A stretch of DNA of 63,116 nt, the filler included, from Octopus bimaculoides (lineage: Eukaryota): assembly GCF_001194135.2 (NCBI RefSeq). It is 5 parts of 5 records of this genome, joined end to end, with 100 filler letters (N's around TTAATTAATTAA, not from the genome) between each part and the next. Parts side by side here need not be neighbours in the genome. Positions count along the whole stretch, not along the records: positions 32,608 to 50,781 come from NC_068983.1; positions 50,882 to 61,052 come from NC_069007.1; 3 more parts are not named here. One strand, given 5' to 3'. The notes under the pieces were generated by a model, which had not been told where the DNA came from, made no database searches, and was given only the letters and a program-made list of their open reading frames with translations. The position numbers and the translations under genes were made by a program. Of this stretch, positions 40,143 through 52,442 are shown one piece after another; positions within the stretch are counted from its first letter, which is position 1, and every line of letters starts with the position of its first letter.

Positions 40143-41602
40143 TGGTTAAGGGTGTGCCTATGTATATGTGTGGGTGTATTTTTCGTGTCGTTTACATATA
40201 TTATATCAAACATTGAACACTTGAGAAATTTGATATCTATATTTCTCTAGAAGGATGTTCTCTATCTACTGACCAACACACATCTATTAATCTGTCAATC
40301 TATATCTCACTCTCTCTATTTCTATGCATACACGCATGCATATAAGAGAGAGAGAGAGTGGGGGTGGATGTGGGTGTGTGTGCATGCGCGCGCGTGTGTG
40401 TACTATCTTTACCCGCAAATATCTATCCAAATGACCTATTATCATAACACCAAATCAGAATGAACGCCTACGAAAATTTTCTTTCTGATATGATTAAACA
40501 GAATTTCCTGAGCTGGGGGAAACATTCATAAATGATCTTATACTTTGTTAACTTATGTTTCCTCACTTCTACTGATACATCTTCCAGTGTGGCAAAAATC
40601 TATCAGAGATAAGTTTTCCTATGTCGCACAACAGTGCCCATTTGATCTGACTTGAGAATATTTCGAACGTAGCCAGCTTAAAGGTTCCATCCATATTCGT
40701 TCCATCTTCGTCTCATAGTTTTGCAACTAACTTTCGGTGAAACTCTGTCAGTAGAATTTTGGTTATATACATATTTGCATATGAAGAAATCCGAACACAG
40801 ATCTTAACCTGGGATAGTATTAAAGTGGAATTGCAAACAAAGTGAGCAGCAAAAGTACTAACATTATTTGCAGCAATATATTTGTAGAAAGATAAGCCAG
40901 CTAGTTCTGCAATATTAAGAGTGATCTTGTGACTATAACTTATGAGATGTCAGAGCTCAGAGACTATGTCGTGCTTTAAGATGATGATGATTATTCACTT
41001 CCAGTAGATAATATAGTCAGTAATATTAGCTTGTAAGTCTTCAAGATATTAGAATGTGAAGTATTTTCAGATTTGTTAGTTAGGCGCTTTGCTTGAAATA
41101 TATCTGTGTAATTTAATAGAATGGCGAAAATCGATTGAGGTCTTGAACGATAGAAATATTATAACTTTTATTATTCTCGAAGTATTAAATGTATGTAATA
41201 AAATCCCTGGAGAAAAACGTATATGCAGGTACAGGCAGAAAGGTCAGTTACTAAATAATACTCGAGAAAGAAGTGAATACAAATTGCCAATGAGAGGTGC
41301 ATGCTATAAAACACTAATTTAATATCGTAACGACATCTTACGAACATCACTAGAAAACATCGTACATGAGAGACGGGAAAATAGCAAAGTGACATTTAAT
41401 CGTAAGCTTTTCTAGCATACAAAACAGTACAGTTGATCAAATCAGACATGTCATATTGGATGTAATCAGAGAGGACACCACAATCTATGTTTATTCGGAT
41501 TCTCCACTCAATCTTGGTCCAATTCCAAACTACAGAGTTTTGTTCTGAGGGATACGGAGAAAGAGAAAGGGGGAAAATGTGCTGCGTTTGCTTGTGTGTG
41601 TC

Positions 41603-41646
<44 letters not shown>

Positions 41647-42242
41647 NNNNNNNNNNNNNNNNNNNNNNNNNNNNNNNNNNNNNNNNNNNNNNNNNNNNNN
41701 NNNNNNNNNNNNNNNNNNNNNNNNNNNNNNNNNNNNNNNNNNNNNNNNNNNNNNNNNNNNNNNNNNNNNNNNNNNNNNNNNNNNNNNNNNNNNNNNNNNN
41801 NNNNNNNNNNNNNNNNNNNNNNNNNNNNNNNNNNNNNNNNNNNNNNNNNNNNNNNNNNNNNNNNNNNNNNNNNNNNNNNNNNNNNNNNNNNNNNNNNNNN
41901 NNNNNNNNNNNNNNNNNNNNNNNNNNNNNNNNNNNNNNNNNNNNNNNNNNNNNNNNNNNNNNNNNNNNNNNNNNNNNNNNNNNNNNNNNNNNNNNNNNNN
42001 NNNNNNNNNNNNNNNATATATACATAAAATAATACATTTCTAAATATTTCTGAGAGATTTATACAGTAGTAACGCTATAAAGTGGTGGTATGTTGTCAAT
42101 GAATGTGACAGTCCCATTAAAGGGAATAATACTACTGCCATTTAACCCTAGGAAGCACCGCTTCCTGTCGACCTTCACACATTTCCTATATCCTTATGTT
42201 TACAAAGGGGGAGATGAGCACCTCCACCCAGCAAAGCCAGCA

Positions 42243-42285
42243 TCCAGAGACTATTTTCTGAGTCATTGCTCGTCATCAGTCTGGA
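42243..42285 (-). ncRNA. Minimal type-I hammerhead-like fold
   Basis: UCCAGA-CUGAUGA-C-GAG(CAAUGA)CUC-A-GAAA-AUAG-UC/UCUGGA: 6-bp stem I, GUC triplet. Stem III is one substitution from the palindrome ACUAGU. Confidence 0.7.
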
Positions 42286-42572
42286 GTAGCATCGCTTGTT
42301 AGCTGTCGATGCCTATTTGCCTCTGTAAACACAAAATAATTCAAGTGAAATACATTCACTGATTTTCGAAAATAGAAATAATACATTTCTAGCCAGAAAT
42401 GCACTATCTTAATGGCTGACAAGGGATAGTCGTCTTGACTCAATTTTAGCAATGCCGGTAACACTTAGTATTGTTTCTCACTTTAGCGACGTCAATAAAT
42501 CTGTCTTTAGGTTGTTGAACTGCTAATAAGCCAGCCATATTATTTGTATATATATATATATATATGTGTGTG

Positions 42573-42612
<40 letters not shown>

Positions 42613-44123
42613 NNNNNNNNNNNNNNNNNNNNNNNNNNNNNNNNNNNNNNNNNNNNNNNNNNNNNNNNNNNNNNNNNNNNNNNNNNNNNNNNNNNNNNNN
42701 NNNNNNNNNNNNNNNNNNNNNNNNNNNNNNNNNNNNNNNNNNNNNNNNNNNNNNNNNNNNNNNNNNNNNNNNNNNNNNNNNNNNNNNNNNNNNNNNNNNN
42801 NNNNNNNNNNNNNNNNNNNNNNNNNNNNNNNNNNNNNNNNNNNNNNNNNNNNNNNNNNNNNNNNNNNNNNNNNNNNNNNNNNNNNNNNNNNNNNNNNNNN
42901 NNNNNNNNNNNNNATATATATATATATATATATATATATATACTAGCAGCTAAGCCCGGTCTATATTAACATCTATGACAAGTCCTTTTTATGAACATCA
43001 CCCGCTGGAAACTTTTGTTTTCTGAATACGTTTTTCCCAGTCGTCAACTAACCATTGAAGAATTCACTGGCTTCGGAAGATTTGCAAAACCCAGCGACAC
43101 AACTTTTTTTCTCCAGACCAAACAATTAAAACAAAAGCATTTAAAAAATGATAGTGGAATTGGTACAAATGCAGCGTAAATACCTCTGATAATGCTCTGC
43201 GGCAGACACCGTTGTGGTGAAACTTTGAATACTTTTATTCAAAAGTACCTGTTAACATGGTATTAGCAATACAATACTGTGTCATTCGGTGTAAGTATTT
43301 TCTTCTTAAAGGGAGGCAGTTAATTGAATTTATATTTAACATTTAATGAGAAGAGATAGCAATACTTTGAAAAAAAAGCTTTTTTACATAAAACTACAAA
43401 CACTTGTGTGTGAGAGAAAAGGAGAACGAGAAAGAGAAAGTGTTTCTCTGCAAATGTGTAATAATGGCTGGTATGCATTGGAGTATGGTAAAGAATATGT
43501 GTATTTACATATATAATTATGGTTATAGGATATAAAACATAAAGAGAAGAAAAAGAGAAAAATTACATTTAAAATTATCGTGATGTTTTATATAATGGCA
43601 GTTAACAACAATAGAACAATATTCGGAGAGTATAACAAGCTGCAGCACCAGCAACAGAAGTGGCAGTTACACTCTAAGAAAATTTTAAGCATAAACATTT
43701 ACTATGCTCACATGTGTATGTGTATGAGAGTGCTCGTGTGTGTTTCTATTCATGCGATGATGATGTGTGCCGACACAGTGGTATTTCTCTACGCGTATAT
43801 CGTTATTTAGTCCGACCATACAAATATATACGACACCATTACTATTCAAACAAAACCTTCTAACTGAAACAGACAGACAGGCACATTTCGTTAAGTATGT
43901 ATGAATGGCTGTTTATAAATTCACAGTCTTATGTACACCAACATACATGTATGTGCGTTTGTGTGTGTGTGTGTATGTTTCCGTGTGTGTGTGTGAGAGA
44001 GCGTGCGTGCGTGCGCGCGTGCGTATGTGTGCAGCATATATATTAATGTATAAATCTTTGAACGAGGTATGTACGCGTTATGGCGAATTCAAAGAGTGTG
44101 CGGACATATTTGCGCGTATTTTA

Positions 44124-44180
<57 letters not shown>

Positions 44181-45230
44181 TTTCTTTACCAGTATAATAA
44201 ACGGTTTCCCAATAAAGATATTGGAAGATAATGGAAAAAAAAGAAAATTTTAAGTTAAAATTTGGTGAGATATAATACTTGAGCAAATAAAATTGGGTGA
44301 TAAACATTCAACGAGTAAGATTAAAGGTGTGGAGTTGAGAACGAAAAGAAGTGAGTGAGTGAAAGATGTTGGTTAGTTAAAAGGAAGGGAGTATAAAGTC
44401 GAAAAAATTGTAATAATAAAATATGTTGCGATGGTAGAGACCTTGATAGACTGATATACGTTGTAAAAAGAAGGAGAAAGTAAATTATGCACAAAGGAAA
44501 GATGAGAAAGAGAAAGTTGTTTTTGAAAGAGAATGGAATATGGCCTTCGAAAGAGCTCATATGGAAAGTAGTATAGGAACGAAACATACTGTAGAAAATA
44601 GATAAAAATGGAAGCGACTGCGATAGAATGAAATGGTATTAGATGCCGTTACAGAAGTGAGAGATATAGAGAGAAAGATAGAGAAGAGGGAATAAGAGAA
44701 AATGTGTGATTTAAAATACAGATACTGATAAAGAATGAATAAGAAGATTAGTATGAAATAACTCTAGTAATGAATCTTGATTGTACGGGCACTCAGATGA
44801 AGAAGTCATTTTGTCTTCCATGTATGCATATATATNNNNNNNNNNNNNNNNNNNNNNNNNNNNNNNNNNNNNNNNNNNNNNNNNNNNNNNNNNNNNNNNN
44901 NNNNNNNNNNNNNNNNNNNNNNNNNNNNNNNNNNNNNNNNNNNNNNNNNNNNNNNNNNNNNNNNNNNNNNNNNNNNNNNNNNNNNNNNNNNNNNNNNNNN
45001 NNNNNNNNNNNNNNNNNNNNNNNNNNNNNNNNNNNNNNNNNNNNNNNNNNNNNNNNNNNNNNNNNNNNNNNNNNNNNNNNNNNNNNNNNNNNNNNNNNNN
45101 NNNNNNNNNNNNNNNNNNNNNNNNNNNNNNNNNNNNNNNNNNNNNNNNNNNNNNNNNNNNNNNNNNNNNNNNNNNNNNNNNNNNNNNNNNNNNNNNNNNN
45201 NNNNNNNNNNNNNNNNNNNNNNNNCCTGTC

Positions 45231-45267
<37 letters not shown>

Positions 45268-45273
45268 CATACG

Positions 45274-45326
<53 letters not shown>

Positions 45327-46004
45327 ATATACATATGTATATACACATATGTAAATGCATATTTATGTATGTGTGTCTTTGTGTCCGTGTTTGTGTACGC
45401 ATACTCACACTCACACACGTGTGTGTGTGTGTCTCAACAGCAAGTTTAATCATTCGAACTGCCCTACAGACATAGTGAATAATCTCCCTATGATTCTCTA
45501 AGCTATATATTAATGAGCAAATCATATCTTCTCTTTTGCAATAACACTATCCCATTTACTGCACAATCTCTACATCATATCTCTCTTATTGTTATGACGT
45601 CAGCATTGTCATGTTGTTTCTATTGTTTATATCTTCCTTTAATTTTCCATCTAAATTATCATTTTTGTCTATTATCTTTTAACATTACATCTCAAGTAGA
45701 ACATTTTAAAAGATGCTTATAAACACCAACAACCTTGTAGTTATCATTGCTATTGTTAATTATCATTGACATTGTTTATCGTTGAAGTTTACCATTACTG
45801 TTTATTGATATTCTCGTCAATATTAATGTACAAATGCCGCAGAATGTAACAAGTTGCGTGTATTTATATGGGTATATAAGTTAGCATATACTAGGATCTG
45901 TAGAGAAGTCTTTACTTGTATGTGTGTATGCATAACTGGTGTCTGTATAGATGTGTGCACCGATGTGCGTTAGTATACGTATATATACAGATATATTTGG
46001 AGAG

Positions 46005-46005
<1 letters not shown>

Positions 46006-46095
<90 letters not shown>

Positions 46096-46111
46096 CAGAC
46101 AGAAAGAAAGA
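46006..46111. repeat. (AAAG)n tetranucleotide microsatellite
   Basis: Direct reading. Confidence 0.95.
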
Positions 46112-46432
46112 AAAATGAATGAAGGAAAGAAAGAAAAAGAAATATATAAACTTTTATAATCATTTCAAGTTATAGCGACGGATTACCCAATGCTTTTAAT
46201 TGGAGTACATATTAATTTTGCAGCAAGGAATACGTGAATGAGTTCAACGTTTAATGGCTATCCTCAGAGATTGATGACGGCGAGTAACCGAAATTTCGAA
46301 GTTACTTTCAAACTTTTCCTTGTATAATATATATAAACTCGGGTAATGCACCAAGTCTGTCCTGTATTATCCGCACAGGTCGAAAGTGAATGAATCAAGC
46401 CAGTCCAGTATTTCATATACATATATGCAAAG

Positions 46433-46472
<40 letters not shown>

Positions 46473-46487
46473 TGTGTGTGTGTGTGT

Positions 46488-46528
<41 letters not shown>

Positions 46529-47661
46529 CGTGTGTGTATGTGCGTTTGTATTTCTTTCTAAATGTATGTATGTATAATATCCCTAATCAAATCCTTGAGG
46601 ATTTAATTAATATACTAGGATGTTATCCTATATATTCTCAAATATGGCAACTTTGAAAACAGCTCTACGTTATCATAATCACAAATTACATAAATCAGTT
46701 GTAAAAAAAAGAACGTTTTCGTGACCAAGTAGTAAAAAATAAAATGGACATGGCAAAAGTTATCACGTTTAATCTACATATAATAAAAAATTCGAAATCA
46801 AACATAGCTAAAGATGTCTTATCCTTAATTGCTTTCGAACTAGCTCCAAGTGCCTGAAAACAACGTCAGTTTCAGTTATGGCTGAGCGAAAAGCAAAATG
46901 TGGATTTCATAAGAATAATAAACTTCGAATTGCTTGCCATAAAAAAAAAACATCAACAATGCCAAAATTAATTGCGGAATAAAGCCTGTCACCTAAACAG
47001 GAAGATGCTTGAGAAAAGGAATTATCGGTGACTTGTAGTTGACAACTACATGGCTAGCTTGGAAATTTAAAAAATGGTACTTTTATTAGTGAAATCTGGT
47101 CTAAAAGTTGTTTTTTTTTTCATCCATAAATATAATTACAAATGCAGAAAATAAATGTAACACATATTTTCCAAATACTTACGACAATTTAAAGGTTGAT
47201 GCATTAATTTTTATTAGCATTGACAGGTTATTCATTAAAAATAGTATAGCTTTCATAGATGGGACAAAGCTATGAAGAGGAATTGCATATAATATAATAG
47301 AAGTCATTAGATAGAACATAAGAATGGATATAATATCAAAATAACATCAGTCAAATAAATTGTAGATACACTGGCAAAAAACGAAAACGGTTTTACGCAT
47401 GTAAACAAACTATCTTGAGACATTACACACCAAATATAATTCCCTTACTAATATACACAATTTTCTATGCAAACAGAATCTCGAAATTCAGCTAGGCTGA
47501 AGGAATCTATTTTAATATCAGAGTTCCTGATAATAGGTATGATGAAATTCCTAGAATTCGAAAAGAACTTGTTTTGTTGGGTCGCTGAACTTAGGGTTAT
47601 AACTAACAATACTGCACTAAGACAACCAAATGCTAGAATTTGTGCTACTGTGTGTGGGGGG

Positions 47662-47725
<64 letters not shown>

Positions 47726-49086
47726 CGATACGTCATAGTTATTGTTCATACATTTGTGGTCAACAGAGTCTCTTAGGCCAATCAATGAATAAATAATTAC
47801 TAATTAATGCGACAAATATGAAATGTTCAGATCGTGGATTGTCTTAGTAAATGAGTAACATCTGCTTAACTGAGACGTGAGCGTCGAATATCCTGTTTCA
47901 GACAATTCATTTTTCATTTTTACGTAACCAGCACGTTAAATTCTAAACTCATTCCGTTGAATAGTAAACTAGTAGCAACAACTAAGCGTTGAAGTCATCG
48001 GCAGCAAGATAACGATTGATCCGTGAGCTTCAATGCTATACACAATTTCTCTCGTTTGAAAAGCCGCAGACAAACATCATTTCCTGTAAGGGAGTCGGAT
48101 TTATCTAATCACTTGACGCTACAGAAACTAAAGATAATCAAAAGGCCACATTTGTAATTATGATTCACAAAAAGGATTAGCTTAGTGTATCAAATGCTTC
48201 ATATTTCGGTTCTAATTCCAGATAATTACTCTTTATGACCACCAATCCAATTTATATCTTCAAAGAATTCTAATAAAGATTCGGATTCTAATGTTTCCAT
48301 TTGAATTCTGGAATTATATCTAACAATTCCCTGGACTGCTACTATTAGAGAATACTGTTAGCCGTATTACTATTTCTACTGTCTGTTACCTTATTAACAT
48401 TCATTTTGGTAATCGAATAACTTTCTGCAGTGATATTTTAAATTCCTTATTGGCCATCTCATAATTCTCAGCTTAAGAAAGTATACGTCCTGTCACACGG
48501 ATATATTTCTAAGCGCGTCGATTCACACATAAATATTAAATATAACGTTACATAAATATTCATGGCTTTGGATTTACAGACATATCTAAAAGTTGAAACA
48601 CAAGAAAATCCTCATACATGTCTTTTAGGCAACGATATAGATGTGTGTGCATGTACACATGCATTGTATATCCGTGTGTGTGTGCTTGTGCGCGTTTGAA
48701 TGTGTTTTTTTTTGTCTATAGATACGCAGGTACTTTCCAAAGGTACACATACACACAATCTACCAAAGACACACATGTGCACGAGTAGACTCGCACACAA
48801 CAGTGTGTGTGTGTGTGTGTGTATGCGTGTGTGTGTGTGCGCGTGCGTGTGCGTGTTTGTGGTTTATGATGACGATTATTCCCCAAAAAGGCATTCTTTT
48901 GAATGAACAGATTTAGCAATGCGTAATGTCACTTAGTCCTAAGATTTTGTTTTGTTCTAAGCGGTTTATCATATTCTTCTGAAAATTAGGATTATATACA
49001 TATACATGTATGATTTTGTGTGCGTGTATCTATGTGTGTGAGTGTGTGTGTACGTTCGTGCATCTATGCGTGTGTTTGTCTGTGTA

Positions 49087-49126
<40 letters not shown>

Positions 49127-50053
49127 CGTGTGTGTGCGTGTGATTGCATTTATTTGTATGTGCATGAATGAACATGTCTTTTTAGGTAAGTTTAAATATA
49201 ATTCTCCGTATAATTATGAAGGACAACATCATAGAGTATCACAATTCATTCAGTTGTTTGGCATGTTTCATGAATATATGGGTATAAGTGTGCGCGCGTA
49301 TTCGTTAAAGGCAGATCTTTCGTTCTGCCTCCGCCGAGAGTTACTCTAGCTATGTGAGATATTTCATAAGTTGCTCTAGGCTGCTTATATTGAATCATCC
49401 TCTCAGATGTACATAGAAAGGTACTTGGAACACTATACGCTTATGCGGAAGCACACACACATGCACGTACACACACATACATGTATATGTGTTTATGTAA
49501 CCATGAATGCACGCCTATATATATGTGTATGTTTGTGTGTGCGCGTGTATGTATGTATATATATATATATATATATNNNNNNNNNNNNNNNNNNNNNNNN
49601 NNNNNNNNNNNNNNNNNNNNNNNNNNNNNNNNNNNNNNNNNNNNNNNNNNNNNNNNNNNNNNNNNNNNNNNNNNNNNNNNNNNNNNNNNNNNNNNNNNNN
49701 NNNNNNNNNNNNNNNNNNNNNNNNNNNNNNNNNNNNNNNNNNNNNNNNNNNNNNNNNNNNNNNNNNNNNNNNNNNNNNNNNNNNNNNNNNNNNNNNNNNN
49801 NNNNNNNNNNNNNNNNNNNNNNNNNNNNNNNNNNNNNNNNNNNNNNNNNNNNNNNNNNNNNNNNNNNNAAAAATAGATAGATAGATAGATAGATAGATAT
49901 ACATACATACATACATACATACATACATACATACACACATATATACTTAATCATATCAAAGAGAAATGGAAATTAATAAAAATTTTCACCTCCAAGTGTC
50001 CTAGCGTATAAAAGCTTAGTCCAAAGACTATCAATTACTCATAAGGTACAGTG

Positions 50054-50531
50054 TATATTTAAATACATAAGAGGAATCTACTCATGGGATTCCTTACGCT
50101 AGAAAGAACTACTAGGTTCCAGAACTACAAAATTAGGGTTCCATTTCCATTTGATATGATTAAGTATAAGATTTTTGTATAATTTTCGAATTTTAAAAGT
50201 TGGCATTTTTTTATTGCTGGCTAGGAGCTGCGCCTGCGCAGTAGATCTGAAAAAATTAGGATTCACAAACAGGAGGCATGGAATTGATTGCCTCATGTTT
50301 ATATATTTTAGTTTTGGGTGTACCTGCTGATAACGACTTCACCTAGCAAATTATCTTAATTGCTAATTTAAGTCAGAAACCAATTGGTCCAGGCCAACAC
50401 ATGGAAAAAGTTTATATTTTTTCTTTCGTTCCTTTCGAAATTTTATCCCTAATTTTGTGGTTCTGGAACCTAGCTGTTCTTTCTAGCGTAAGGAATCCCA
50501 TGAGTGGATTCCTCTTACGTATTTAAATATA
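50054..50531 (+). mobile_element. 478-bp element with ~85-bp inverted termini and an internal hammerhead-like fold
   Basis: Left TATATTTAAATACATAAGAGGAATCTACTCATGGGATTCCTTACGCTAGAAAGAAC...AAAATTAGGG vs reverse complement of 50446-50531. The right end abuts (TA)n. Confidence 0.85.
50323..50393 (+). ncRNA. Type-I hammerhead-like fold with extended stem II (copy 2; G8A core variant)
   Basis: CCUG-CUGAUAA-C-GACU..UAGCAA(loop)UUGCUA..AGUC-A-GAAA-CCAAUUGG-UC/CAGG. Confidence 0.7.
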
Positions 50532-50564
50532 TATATATATATATATATATATAACATGTAAACA

Positions 50565-50781
50565 TATATGTGTGTTGTATTCTTCAGCAAGACACATTGC
50601 TCCAATTCAGTCAGCTATAGAAATTAGTTGCGACGTAACGGCATTTGCCTTTCCCTTGGATAGCATCGATGGTGTAGATAGGGGAGGCTGGTGTGCAGAA
50701 GTGACTTCCCAGATTTGTACTTCGGAGGGGAACTTTCTCGGCGCATCCATGGTCATTCATGACGGAAGGGGATCTTTACCC
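50565..50781 (+). mobile_element. SINE family D 3' portion
   Basis: GTGTTGTATTCTTCAGCAAGACA...TAGAAATTAGTTGCGACG...GCCTTTCCCTTGGATA matches the reverse complement of 12140-12330. Confidence 0.7.
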
Positions 50782-50881
50782 NNNNNNNNNNNNNNNNNNN
50801 NNNNNNNNNNNNNNNNNNNNNNNNNTTAATTAATTAANNNNNNNNNNNNNNNNNNNNNNNNNNNNNNNNNNNNNNNNNNNN

Positions 50882-51226
50882 GAAATAGAAAAACTTTCAA
50901 AATACAAAGACCTGGAAATAGAGATAACTCGAATGTGGAATCTAAAAACAGAAACAATTCCTATCATAGTAGGTGCCTTAGGTATAATAAAAAAAATATT
51001 CAGACAAATACATAACAAAAACACCAGGACTTACAAATATATATAACATACAGAAAATTGCACTACTGGGTACTGCACACATTCTACGCAAAACACTTTC
51101 AATACAGTAAACATAAGAGCACCACAGCAAACCACAGCACATACCCAAGGCGCACAGAGCTGCGCTCGGTAGTGAAGTGAAAGCACGTTATAAAAATAAA
51201 ACTACTGAATAATAATAATAATAATA
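50882..51226 (+). mobile_element. R4/Dong family A 3' end + (TAA)n
   Basis: Encodes KYKDLEIEITRMWNLKTETIPIIVGALG...; reverse complement of the 16340 and 39569 copies. Confidence 0.92.
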
Positions 51227-51515
51227 TGATGCATAGCATGAAAGAGTGGAAAACCAAATTATACTCAAGTAAAGTTAATATTAAAAGGGGAATCTTCCCA
51301 GGTGACTCGTTTTCTCCGTTACTATTTGTAATTGCACTAATGCCGATAAGAGTGATATTTAGGATAGGTAAGATGGGTTACCGATGTGAGAAGAAAGACT
51401 CCCATCATTGAACCGTCTTTTGTTTATGGATGACCTAAACTTGTTTGGGAAATCTGAAAAACGTAGATTCCTTAACCAAAACAGTCCAGAAGTGTGGTAG
51501 GGACATCGGTAAGCG
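51227..51515 (+). mobile_element. R4/Dong-type RT core fragment
   Basis: VNIKRGIFPGDSFSPLLFVIAL (cf. GIFQGDSLSPLLF), then LLFMDDLNLFGKSE after a stop or frameshift. Confidence 0.85.
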
Positions 51516-51968
51516 AAGAGTTGAAGGATGAGGACATGTTACAAAATTGCAACATTGCAACATTGGAAATATATATACATATATATACATAGACATACAT
51601 ACCTACATACATACATACATACATGCATGCATACATCTGTACGTACGTACGTACATACATATATACATACAATTTGAAATGTAAAGATAAGCAGGTTAGG
51701 CCAGTTGATATAGAATTTTTTGTATATTTTTTTGTATTAAATGTATTTAATATTCTTTGTACATCGACTTGCCTAAACAGTTTGTCCTCACATTTATTCT
51801 TCTACCTGCTGAAGTTTAAACCTCTTTAAGCACGACGAATGGTATTCTATACGGAGAACATCTGTCTCTCATTTATAAACTACATACATGCAAATTTATA
51901 TACAAAAATATATGCATATGTATGTATGTATGTATGTATGTATGCATGCATGCATGTATGTATGCATG

Positions 51969-52014
<46 letters not shown>

Positions 52015-52411
52015 NNNNNNNNNNNNNNNNNNNNNNNNNNNNNNNNNNNNNNNNNNNNNNNNNNNNNNNNNNNNNNNNNNNNNNNNNNNNNNNNNNNNNN
52101 NNNNNNNNNNNNNNNNNNNNNNNNNNNNNNNNNNNNNNNNNNNNNNNNNNNNNNNNNNNNNNNNNNNNNNNNNNNNNNNNNNNNNNNNNNNNNNNNNNNN
52201 NNNNNNNNNNNNNNNNNNNNNNNNNNNNNNNNNNNNNNNNNNNNNNNNNNNNNNNNNNNNNNNNNNNNNNNNNNNNNNNNNNNNNNNNNNNNNNNNNNNN
52301 NNNNNNNNNNNNNNNNNNNNNNNNNNNNNNNNNNNNNNNNNNNNNNNNNNNNNNNNNNNNNNNNNNNNNNNNNNNNNNNNNNNNNNNTATATATATATAT
52401 ATATATATACA

Positions 52412-52442
<31 letters not shown>

